DNA of 64,000 nucleotides from Mytilus trossulus (Eukaryota): NCBI RefSeq assembly GCF_036588685.1, contig NC_086375.1, positions 14,074,001 to 14,138,000 of the forward strand, read 5' to 3'. Shown piece by piece: positions 52,439 to 64,000 of this stretch (position 1 is its first letter; each line of letters starts with the position of its first letter). The notes under the pieces were generated by a model. It saw only the letters and a program-made list of their open reading frames with translations, ran no database searches and was not told where the DNA came from. The position numbers and the translations under genes were made by a program.

Positions 52439-54738
52439 GTAAGAATTTCTCGCGATATAAATTCTCCAGTATACCAAGGCTATTACTTCAAGTAAGAATT
52501 TCTCGGAATATAAATTCCACCAGTATATCCATGGCCATTATCTAAAGTAAAAATTTCCCTAGTATTTGGTGAAGTGAAGCTTTTTTGCCAAAATTTTGAG
52601 AAAATGGGTGACACGTACAAGAAATCATTTTACCAGAGTCATGTACATCCCATGTCATTTTTATTCTTTTCAAATTTCTAAGATATGTATTTTCTCAATC
52701 ATTTATAACAAAAAAGTTAATATTATATGTTTGTTCTAAAAACTGAGAAAAATCACAAATTTTAAAAAAAAATGACAGAATGGTAAATTTGACACAAAAA
52801 AAATCAAAATATGTTAAAACTTTCTTATGTGAACACCTACCTCTAGTTTTTTAAAGTTAAATTTATTCATATTGGTCCACTTCATCTTTATTGAAAGTAT
52901 GAAAAAAAAAAAATTGTGGAACTGTGATTTTTTTTCCCGATAATAGCACAAAAATATGTCAGAATTGATGAAACATTGGGAATTCATCAAAATTTGGTAC
53001 TTTCAAAGGGCCGTAGCAAAAAAGGAAGCGCACCTCCATATGAATTTTTTCTTCTCCAATTATTTTTTACATTCATTTCAACCCCAAAATCAGAATAAGA
53101 AAAAAAGTGTAATTCTTTAAATTTTTGGCTCCTCAGAAGTATACATTCTTAACTTACATTCAAAAAGTTCGGAATGAGTTTAATGCATAAAAATCTGTAT
53201 TTGTTGCAGAACCAATGTTTTGGGAAAAAATGAGTCCTACAAAATTTGTGTTTTTTTGTGAAAAAACGAGAAAAACTATTTCAATACAACTGTCATGTCA
53301 TAACCATGTAGCATCACTACTAGATGAAAAGAAAATTAATACAATTAATTCAATTTGAAACCATAAACGGATCAAACGTATTTAGCAGAACCTAAATCAT
53401 ACTCATTCTACAATCATGTCATTTTGCTTTGTTTTCAATGGAAGTTTTGCAATACGTTTTTACAGGTGTATAGTATCGTCAATAGGGATTTACCAGTCTG
53501 TTTGACCTTCAAGCAAAGAAAAAGAAGAAGAAAACAAAACATTTGATTCATGCTTAAGCAATAAACCAAAATCAAATATTGCATGCAGTCACTAATGTTT
53601 TAGAGATTCACGAGTTGGGACAGGCACAAAAAGACTTTGTGTTGGGTTGAATCCGTGAGATTGCATAGCCTTTCCCTTGTCGAAGGACAGTAAGGAAAGT
53701 GCTAAACAAACGATAAAAACCAGTGTGAAAGAACTTGCTTCATCTAGCCACAAAAGCAAATAAAAGATTAGACAGACAAAGTGTCGAGCTAAGAAACATA
53801 CAGTTACTAAACACAAAGATGAAAGTTCTCTACAACTTACAAATAAATCGTATTTACGAGACATAAAGTCATATGAAACGAGTGACTGATGAAAAATATT
53901 GTTTGTCCAATTCTTGAACCAATGCATGTATATATCATAAACTAAGTCTTCTGTGCACGATTTTATCATTTATTACACAAATATATCGTATAATCGTCAA
54001 TTTGTTTCTCTCTTTCTGTTATGATTTAACAAATATGACAGCTCAATAAATTCAGTGTTTTGACTCCGTGTATTGCCGATTGTCACCTTATAGTAAACAA
54101 TCAACAAAAAGCATGGATATTGAGCACGTGATTAACAAGAACAATCAGATAATAGTTTATTTCTGTGACAGACCCATGCGTATTACGATTATCGGATTTT
54201 TACGAGAAGGGTTCACGCTTAGGTCACTTTGCATACGGAAAATATGTCAGCGAATTTCTTCCTGGAGGCAAACGATTAAAAAAAGTAAATTTCTTCTCAA
54301 TGCGGACAGGTTGAAGAATGTTCTTCAGAAAAAGTATAGTTACATAAACTTATAATGAAAACTATCCATTGTGTTATAAAAAAAAACATATGCATCATTT
54401 TTTTTTAATTTGAGGTTTCATATGACTTTAAACATCAATCAGTACATATCCAATGGGGTTGAGTAAAGACGATATAAACGTACTAAAACAAGCATGATTT
54501 TGTTTAATGCCGAATTACAATTATAGTCCAGAATTTATTCATAGTTGTATAGCAATACATATGAAGTTATATTTGAATGTATTGAAAACATAAGCAATGT
54601 ACGTAAGTGTAATCTTACTTTGTATATTTTATTTGTTTATTGAATAAATGCACATTTATACCCCAATGGGGTTGAGGGCAAATATAAATCAACACAATAC
54701 ATCATACAAAAATAACAAAGAACAAATCATTATATATA

Positions 54739-56030
54739 CACATGGAAAAAAGTATTGCAACACCAAATTGAAATTGAAATTAAAAAAAGCACTTTTTATT
54801 TTTTTGTGATATAATTTGGTAAAATAGAACTACTTTAACATTATTTAAGTATCACCTGAGTTTAATCAATAAATATCGATTCGGCAAGTTTGTATCTGCA
54901 CATGCAGCTACTGTACCCGTAAACAGCAAAACAGGTGTTTTCATCCTCATTGTTTTCAACACTTAACATAACCAAGTTTTAAAAGTTATGTGATTGACAT
55001 CTTGTAATGGGTCCTCAACAACTCTAAACTGCAGCAAGGTGACAGACTATCAGCATGAGAGAAGCAGGGATGTCGCTGTAACAACTGCACGTATTGTTGG
55101 TCATCACCATTCCACTATAAGTCGTTTTGAGAATAAAAAATGGCACTAAACGATGTTAAAGACCTTCCGAAATAAAGAAGACACCCTATACCATTTGCTA
55201 GGGAAAATCAAGCATAATAAGGGTTGGTCAAAAGGAAACCCATTGCATACAATACAATCCCCAAAAGAGAGTGGTGGGCATACAGGAGCCTTTTAGTAAG
55301 AACTATTCGAGATCGACTCATCCCTACTGGTTATCGTACGCTAAGACCATTTCGGAGACCTTTGCTTACGAACAGACACACAGTTTACCGTATCCAATGT
55401 AGTGCAGAGCTCGCTAAAGTTGAAAATTAGCATCGTGGAGGAAGATTCATTGTTCCAATGGAATTCGGGTCATCTTCCGTGGACGGATCGTAGCCCAGAT
55501 TTGAACCATATCGAGCATATATGGGACACTATTGGGCGGAAAGTGCGCACAAGGACACCCCAGTTCAAACACATCATGAAATAAACAATGCCCTTCATCA
55601 GAAATGGTTGCTGCTACCTTAGCAACAAATTAGTCGATTTTTGGCAGGAACCAGAAGACGTTAAGATGCGGTTATCCGTTTGAATGGAGGCTGCGCACAA
55701 AGTAATAATTCTTTGTCGTATAACGACCAACCATGATGTGAACAGTCATCTGAGGATTAATTTTGAAATGTCTGACATTGTAAAGTTCGACTACGGTCAA
55801 AGTTGTAAAATGCATTTTTTTTGTACAAAAACCACTTCATTTTGTTATTAAAATTGTGGTTATATAAATTATTTTTTTTTCAAACATTTTTTGTTCGTTT
55901 CAATGACAATGTTATCATAAACTATGTTTCAATAATATTATACAAATATCTTATTATAGATCATCCAAAAAAAGAGGCTGATTTTTCAAGTTTTGAAAAA
56001 TCAAGTTGTTGCAATACTTTTTTCCATGTG
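54739..56030 (+). mobile_element. Internally deleted Tc1/mariner element (uninterrupted copy)
   Basis: TA TSD and 24-bp TIR CACATGGAAAAAAGTATTGCAACA. Remnants MREAGMSL, HHSTISRF, RPFRRPLLT and WTDRSPDLNHIEHIWD; the first two catalytic Asp regions are missing. Confidence 0.9.
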
Positions 56031-56088
56031 TATACATATAAATAAAGGCAACAGTAGTATACCGCTGTTCAAAACATATATGTATCTA

Positions 56089-56500
56089 TCATGCAGTTGT
56101 TGAGTCCACCCTCCTCAGTGACCATGACTTTTTAACAAATGGAGCAGCATACTGCATAATTGACGGACACGAAAGACATAAAACCAATTTATCCAAATTA
56201 TCCATATTATCTATATCAGAATAGATATTTCTAACTTTCTGCCAAAATTCAAATCTCAAATCTTTATTTTTTGTACATGTAAATAAAAAATGTTCTTCAT
56301 CATCTATTTTATTTAGACAACAATGTTGACATAAACGTTCTTCCCTTTTTATATTTTTGTATCTACCCCTTTCAATTTCCAAAATATGGTCACTTACCCT
56401 TAATTTAGTAAATTTTTTCCTTATTTCAAAGTTATTCTCTTTAAGAAAATAAGGCTCAGTTTCATATTTCTTTTTGATTTTACTATAGATAAATAATTTG
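56089..56500 (-). pseudogene. 3' remnant of a non-LTR retrotransposon ORF2 (CCHC end)
   Basis: KLRVSDHILEIERGRY..REERLCQHC..IDDEEHFLFTC; a similar remnant (RISGHQLAIEKGRY) lies at ~62560-62670 on +. Confidence 0.7.
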
Positions 56501-58173
56501 TATATTTAATAAAAATGGGGTACTTCATATGGAATACATCATTTTGGGTCTCACATAACAGTTTTCAATACTGAGGATTGATATTCTTTTTTCTTGGATA
56601 CCAATTTTCGAGGATTGAAAAAAAAACATATATGTCAATAGTTTCTTTTATTTCTACACATACACACACACAAGTATGTAGAAATTTGTACTTCGTGAAT
56701 TATTCTAATTCGTGATTCACCTATAACCAAGAAATATACGAAAATTATACCCATTGCAGAAAATGAATCCACAATAAACTGCTTCGATAATTTTGCTTCA
56801 AAATAAGGGAGATAATTGACAACATCCGATGTACAAATAATACCACTTCTGGTGTCATAAGTAGCTTTCATTATATTGATTCGTACCAAAAACTTTGTTT
56901 TTAATTTTTTAATACATAAGCATACAATACAGGAAATAATTAATATATACTATGTAAAGATTGAGCAACACAAATCAATGGTAAACTTTTGGTGTATGAG
57001 GTTCCTGCTCCACATGTGACAACCGTCGTTATGCTGTTTAATTACAGATCAAATGTTTAGTCGATTTCGGTAATGTGACAGCCAAATGCAATATTACATA
57101 ATTCTTTATTGGGAATCTGCTATACATACATTTCTGGCTTGTTTAAATTATATAAAAAAAAATCCTTATCATGGTTCTTTGCTATAGCCATGCTCATTGT
57201 CTGTTAAAAACAGCTCTTTAATTTGTACAAAATGAACAAAATCTGGTGTCAATAAAAAAAAATCCATTATTATGAAGGCTCTGTAAAAGTAGAATTCGTC
57301 TCTTTTTGAACATTTTGAAAAAAAGATATTGTATCTGCGTTTCTCGTTTTTTGTCATAAAACAAAATCTTTCAATCGGTTTGTATGCTTAGAATGAGAAA
57401 AAAAAATAAGTGTAAAATGAAGACAAGTCAAATGTTGAAAACTATTGCATGAGGGAATAGGACATTGATAGTATGTATTACTCCATTTATTTCACTTGAC
57501 TGGGCGGAGTTTAACCGATTCGCTCACAATAAACCAGTCCATCTATAGATAGGTATTTTAGGATAAACTCATCAATGAAGTGTCCAGTAATTGTTTTGTA
57601 AATTTCTTTGATGACACTGATAGGTGATTAGAAATCATTTATAATTATAACGGCAATCATCCTTATCACACACATCTTCAAATAAACTGTCCTTATCTTT
57701 ACTATTAAAGTACCTGATTTCACATGATTGAAAAATTGCCATTTCATATGACAAGACGAATAACCAGGCTGTCAACATTCTTATTTTTTATACCTCAGTA
57801 TGTTTTTTCTATAAAAAAAAAATGATAATGAAATAGTTGTGCTATTTCATTCCACAGACTATTTGCCAGTCAACAGTTTCAAAGACTACTATCCCTGTTA
57901 ATAGTTTCATAATCATCTTTTCCGTACTTTTTCATGCTTATTTTTCATTGAACAATAATGATGTCATTGACTATTTTGCTTGGCAACGTCAAACTCTAAT
58001 ATTGTAAACGGTATAATCTGTTTTTGTCGATTGTAATTTCACTTACAAGAATCAATTATAAAAGAGAGAAAATCTTCGCGCGTATCTTTAAAAGATCTAA
58101 AATATAGTACCTTATTCATAATATGGGTTCGGTCGTTGTATTCTAAAATTGAATTTGCGTTTTGTGTACTTAA

Positions 58174-58445
58174 GGTGGTACCCAACAATTTCACTAAAAT
58201 TAATTTTGCTCGTTTAATTTTCATAAAATTTTGACAAAGTATTTACTTTGACCTTTTAACAAAAAAAAAAAATTTCAAAAATGTTGAACCAACCGTTTTG
58301 TCAGAAAAATTACACTGGTTATATAGCAGTTTGACAAACACCAATTTTGATCATTGAGATGCTTAAAATTCTTTTTACAACACACCGTAATTAAAACGTT
58401 TAGCTGACTTTACGGAGTTTTCTCCCTGTAGTGTTTGGTAGTACC
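58174..58445. mobile_element. MITE with TTAA TSD (Kolobok-like)
   Basis: TTAA|GGTGGTACCCAACA ... TGTTTGGTAGTACC|TTAA. Confidence 0.7.
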
Positions 58446-61400
58446 TTAAGCTTAAATTCATCATATGCATCTTTCATTTATCATTTGCCTCGAGCAATAG
58501 TTGGTATCTCAGAGACAACAAACTTGCTATTACCCTCACTCCCAGTCAATAGGTGTATACTATTGATATAAAAAAAATACTTTTCTTCTTTTACTGTTTT
58601 AATTTTGTTTAAAAAGAAGTAGAAAATAACTCTTTTGGCTTATTTTTTATTTCATCATTTTCTTAATAATATTGACTTTTTTTTTATAATTTTTTTTCAT
58701 TCATCTGGAATTCCTTTCTTATTTGTCCATTAATAAAACATCATCTTATCCTTCTCCTTCTTAATTTGTTCTCGTGTTGATGATAGAGTTATCCTATCTT
58801 CGTTTTTATTTTATTTTATTTACACATTGCAAATTATGGCCTACTACAGAGTAAGTTTGTTTATTTTTTTTAAACATAATTTTTGTAGAAAAAGGACAAG
58901 GTATGATAAGGGCTATTTTTGGCCCCCTCTCCAAATAAGTTTATATTGCTATCAACGATGGTCTTAGTGTAGACACTTGAAAAAAATAATGATTTTATTG
59001 TGTTTCGGTGAATGGAAGGTTGCCTAGAAACGGGTTTTATTAAGAATGAAAATTATCACATATTAATTGCTTTATCAGAATAAATTTAGATATTTGCAAA
59101 TAATATTGTTTGTCCAAGAGGAACTTGAAGTCACAAATGAAAAAAACCTTTGATTTTGTTTACAATATGCTTAAAAACAACCTTGGCAAAAGAAATGTTG
59201 CCTAGAAACGGTTAAAAAATTGGTGATTGCCACTCGTAAGTATGAATTGAGCAGTTGTTCGAAGATTTTTCTTTCCATTTGGTGTTTCATTCAAATATTT
59301 TTTCATATACATCTTTTTTTGTTCTTTACAAATTCCGTTTTGAGCATAGCAACAGCAAAACATTTTTTGCATTAAAGCCAACTACAAATCAATTAGTCAT
59401 TTTATTGAACAAATTAAATTGAATGCAATACAGATTGTCTGTTTGTGAACGTGTTTAATTAGAAATGAAAACTTACATGTAGTTATATTGTATATTTTTT
59501 GAAATTATGAACTTCGTTATTTTTTAGGAATATATTTCCTAATACGGTGTTACACTATAATATAAACATCTAGATTATCATTATTTTTTGGACGAATTCT
59601 ATATCGAGTATAGAATCCCACATCTTGCTTAGCAACAGCAAACAATTTTATTTTAAATTGTAGACCACTACAACACCTTTGTTTCAATGTAAAGGTCTTT
59701 TCAGGAAAACAAGAATATATAGGATTTAATAATTTGAGATGAGTTTGAACAGTTTTTAAAGATACTTAACAGTTAAAGAACTGAAAGAGACGTGACTTGT
59801 ACCACATACAGACATTGTGTGGAATAAAATGTCTAATCCAGGAAATTACGAATTAATATGATGTAGGGGTTGGAATGTGAATGTGTCCTCTGCATGGGTA
59901 CAAAACCTATGTTGAATTAGAAACGAGTTATCAAGGCAAAAGGGGAGGGGGGGGTATCAATCATGTTTGGAGTTATTAACGAGGCATTAATTGACATAAG
60001 GAATTAAACCTATTGTGCAATAAAGAAAATGGCATAGCCTGTAAGACCATGTATGGTTTAAGGGTTGGACAATTATTAAACCATGAAAGTTGGTCAATTA
60101 AATGAACCTTATGATCAACGGTAAATGTCATAATGATATAAGACTGTTATTTTTTCGTTTTGTTTTTGTGCTTTTGTAATTTGTTTATCAAAATGAACTA
60201 CAGTTATAATTGGACATGCAAGTTACTTATAAGAGTATATAAGTTCGGGTTCGGGTGAAGGTTGTCACCTGTTTAAACGTTTACACATGCTTCGTTTGTT
60301 TGCAACTAGTATGGAACCTGTTCAGTGGTTGTTGTTGTTCATACGTGTTACTCGTTTCTAGTTTTTTGTATATAAAGATTAAACTGTTGGTTTTCCTGTT
60401 TGAATTGCTACATTAGTCACTTGTGTGTGGTCCACTCAGGTACACAGTTCAAATAACCAATTATTGTCAGGTATCTAATATCCACCTCAATGAAAGATGC
60501 TCACTTTAATTTTTACCTGTGGGGAAGTTCTCAAACCTGTTTCCCAACTTAGTGTATTTTAGCACCTTCTGGAGGAATGAAAAAAAGTACACGGCAATAC
60601 TGGTAAGTTTTTATTTTTCTAAAACATAAAACATACTTAAAAATCATTTATCTAGGGCATGCTATGCCTGAAATATTTTAAAGATGCGCAGGTTAGTCTG
60701 TACTCAGAGTAAATTTTGTGGTGAAAATACGGCCATTTTAGCCATAGGGTCCACATGAACCGTAAGTAAAAAAATTAACTGTTTCAATAGTCTAATGTAT
60801 AGTGATTCGTCATACTTTTATTATGCTTAAACAGTTAGGATTACTATAAACGAAAAAAAAAGCCTTTGAAGAGTATAGCAGTCTTGGAAATATTTTTGAA
60901 AATAATTTACAATAAAACATCTCTGTTGAAAATTTAAATCTATGGCAAGCAGTTTGTGCCATATTTTTCATGATTGTTTTATGTTTTTAAGTCATTTTTT
61001 TGTGTTTTACAGCTTTTTACCACTTAGTTAAAAAAATACTGAATGATTTAACTGTTGTCTTTATTGGGGAGAAGATTTGTTGTTCTTAAATATGTGATAA
61101 ACCGACCCTCCATACATGCTTTTACGTTATGGCGGGATTATCGAACAACATCATTTCCGTTCAAAACACAGGTGATAACTTGATTGATTTTCAAAATCAT
61201 TTCAAATATGTTTTTGGAAATGAAATAATATACGTTAAATTTAGTATTTAGTGAATAAGTTCTTAACAAATTTGATGCTATTGGTGTTTTTTTAATGTCC
61301 TGTACCAAGTCAGGAAAATGGCCATTGTTATATTATAGTTCGTTTCTGTGTGTGATACATTTTGATGTTGTGTTTCTGTTGTGTCGTAGTTCTCCTCTAA

Positions 61401-61798
61401 TATTTGATGTTTCCCTCAGTTTTAGTTTGTAACCCGAATTTTTTTTTTTCTAAATCGATTTATGAATTTCGAACAGCGCTTTACTACTGTTCCCTTTATT
61501 TACATTATTAATAAAAACAGAAATATAAATCAAAGCCTTAGGTGAGAGGATATAAGGGACTGCATTGTAAAGCTGAATAAATTTAAAGGATTTATATGCG
61601 AACATGTAGTCACTGTCCATCATAAGGCACACACTGAAAGTCATCTTCAAACACGAGGCCCCTTTTGTGGGGTTTCCATGTAATAAATAACATTATCACA
61701 AATTTGCTACCAATATACACATAAAATATTTTATTATTTTTTTTAAACCAAACAATCAAATTATCAAAAACACAGTCCTAGACTATAAAAAAAATCAA

Positions 61799-61896
61799 AT
61801 AACCATGAAATACGTGGTCATGTTATCACATAACCATGAAATACGTGGTCATGTTATCACATAACCATGAAATACGTGGTCATGTTATCACATAAC
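61799..61896. repeat. Perfect 31-bp tandem repeat x3
   Basis: ataaccatgaaatacgtggtcatgttatcac; aaccatg at 61801, 61832 and 61863. Confidence 0.9.
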
Positions 61897-63577
61897 TACT
61901 TTAAAAACGGCAAAGTAGTTACATTTGAGGATCATTTGTTAAAACTATACCTGGTCAAAAGACATAGGATGGACGCTCTCAAATGTAATAAGTCATCTTC
62001 CTTATGTATTCACAACAATCCCCTTCCCTTTGCACGAATGTGACCTACCGAATGACTTTTTACCGGGTTTGTATTAATTCAAGCAACACGACGGGTATCA
62101 CACGTGGAGTTCAATCTGCATACCCTTCCAGAGCACATGAGATCACCCCTAGTTTTTGGTGGAGTTCGTGTTGCTTAATCTTAAGATTTCTATATTGTGT
62201 CTTGTGTACTATTATTTTTTTGTTTGTATTTTTTTCTTTTTTTTAGCCATGGCTTTGTCATTTTATTGTCGATCTATAAGTTTGACTGTCCCTCTGGTAT
62301 CTCTCGTCTCTCTTTTTTTAATCTCTGTACTCTTATATTATTTGTTTAATTAAATATGTATCAGTGTTACTATGAACAGTTTTGACATTGAAAAGGATAA
62401 ACAATATTGAATTAGTAGATAAAATATTTACTGGGGAAATGCTTTAGACGATAATGCAAACGTTAAAAAAAAGAAAAAAGAAACTTGCGTACTTCTTTTA
62501 AATTAAAAGCATCTTCAATAGGGAAGCGTATTTATTCCAAGCTAATAAATTTCAAATTAGAATCAGTGGTCATCAGTTAGCTATTGAGAAAGGTAGATAT
62601 AAACAAAATCGATAAAGATGACAGATTTTATTTGCAGGGGATTATAAATATGTATGATAAAGACGAGATTAATGTTTTAAAGGAATTTACTGCATACGGG
62701 AAGGGAAGAAATTTTATTCTTTACGAAGCATTTTGCTAGGAAAAACTATTTCCAGTAATCTTAAATCTTATCATAACTTACTAATTTGAACACTTTTTTG
62801 TATTTTTGATGTTTTTCCTAATCATTAACTTTACTGTTCAAAAAAAAGAAAACGAAACGCATTGCTGAGATGAATAAACGATCAATTGCATCTCCGAATT
62901 TTTCAGGTAAGTTTTCGACTTTTAATGCTCGTTCTTTTGATTTCGCATGAAATTTGCAACGAGCTTAAAGTGCATATGACCTTTTTCGACTCAAAGTTTA
63001 ATAACGTTGGTCAACTCAACAATTACACTTTTGGCCATTTAAGGAGCAAGTTGAAGATTCTATTTTATGACAACGTTAAAACGTTGCCCTGCAAAAGTTC
63101 GACTGTTCGAAAAAAGTAAAATCACAAAAATACTGAACTCCGAGGAAAATTCAATCGGAAAGTCCCTAATCAAATGGCAAAATCAAAAGATAAAAGCACA
63201 CCAAACGAATGGATTTTCCAATGTAGTAAATGGTGGATTGAACCTGGAAATATTGTCATCGACCGTCTACAGACTGGAGTATTCAAAAGAGATGAAGAAA
63301 TAACTAAATAATTATATTAACCAGAGCACAGGTTCGCAAATTTTAAATAAATACCAGTAGACTGAGTATATTAAGGCCTACCCGAGGTGCTGACGACATT
63401 GTCTGTAGACTCCTGGACAATATCGTTGCATGTGGGTATTTAATCTACGGAATCGAAGCGTGTCCCCATTAGATTCAGTTGGGCAAGACAAGACAAGATA
63501 ATGTATTACAACTTAGACACGCGTATAGCACTACAAGAGGATAATAATTATACTAATTCATTAAAACTTAGATAATT

Positions 63578-64000
63578 AATAAAGGCAACAGTAGTATACC
63601 GCTGTTCAAAACTCATAAATCCATGGAAAAAAAACAAAATCGGGGTAACAAACTAAAACCGAGGGAAACGCATTAAATATAAGAGAACAACGACACAAAA
63701 CCGAAACGCAACACACACAGAAACGGACCAAGCATCAGACAAAACACCACGCTAATAACAAATATAACATGAAAACCAAATACATGAATTTGGGATAGAC
63801 AAGTACCGTGCCACGTCTTATCTCAATATCTCAAAAATAAGTGAAAACACAAACGACTCAACGTAAAAATGCAACACACACAGAAACAAACAATAATATA
63901 ACAATGGCCATCTTCCTGACTTGGTACAGGACACTTTTAAAGGGGAATAAAAGTGGTGGGTTGAACCTGGTTTTGTGGCATGCCAAACCTCGCACTTTAA
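63578..64000 (+). repeat. Dispersed repeat (aataaaggcaacagtagtatacc family), runs off the window end
   Basis: Colinear with 26242-26660. Confidence 0.8.

Noticed and set aside
58830-60610. Possible micro-exons (ATGGCCTACTACAGA|gtaagt at ~58837; ttttag|...actg|gtaagt at ~60563-60603)
   Set aside because: Splice-like signals only; no homology or consistent gene model can be supported.

Overview
AT-rich, repeat-dense animal genomic DNA. The repeat families suggest a bivalve mollusc, most likely Mytilus; this is inferred, not proven. The only complete, apparently intact gene is a 4-exon + strand gene that the ORF track splits into unrelated pieces: join(12320..12536,15290..15519,24019..24334,28238..30195), 906 aa. 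It encodes an NLR-like protein with an N-terminal DZIP3-type HEPN domain (intact RNYLAH RNase motif), a His-heptad coiled coil, an nSTAND3-like P-loop NTPase and 7 ankyrin repeats. That is the effector-STAND-sensor layout of antiviral STAND proteins. Intron 2 holds a full-length but decayed BEL/Pao LTR retrotransposon (172-bp LTRs, tRNA-His PBS, ATGAT TSD). It also holds a head-to-head array of ~355-bp repeats that each carry a type I hammerhead ribozyme (retrozymes); one sense-strand ribozyme would cut 60 nt upstream of exon 3. About a dozen hammerhead copies of two subfamilies occur in the window. Other features: a probable terminal exon with 32-aa repeats at the left edge, a solo LTR, a 166-bp satellite array, two inverted copies of a deleted Tc1 element (one interrupted by an Academ-like transposon), TTAA/TCAA-flanked MITEs, Penelope-like and LINE remnants, and many dispersed repeats. 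Most short ORFs in the track are spurious.
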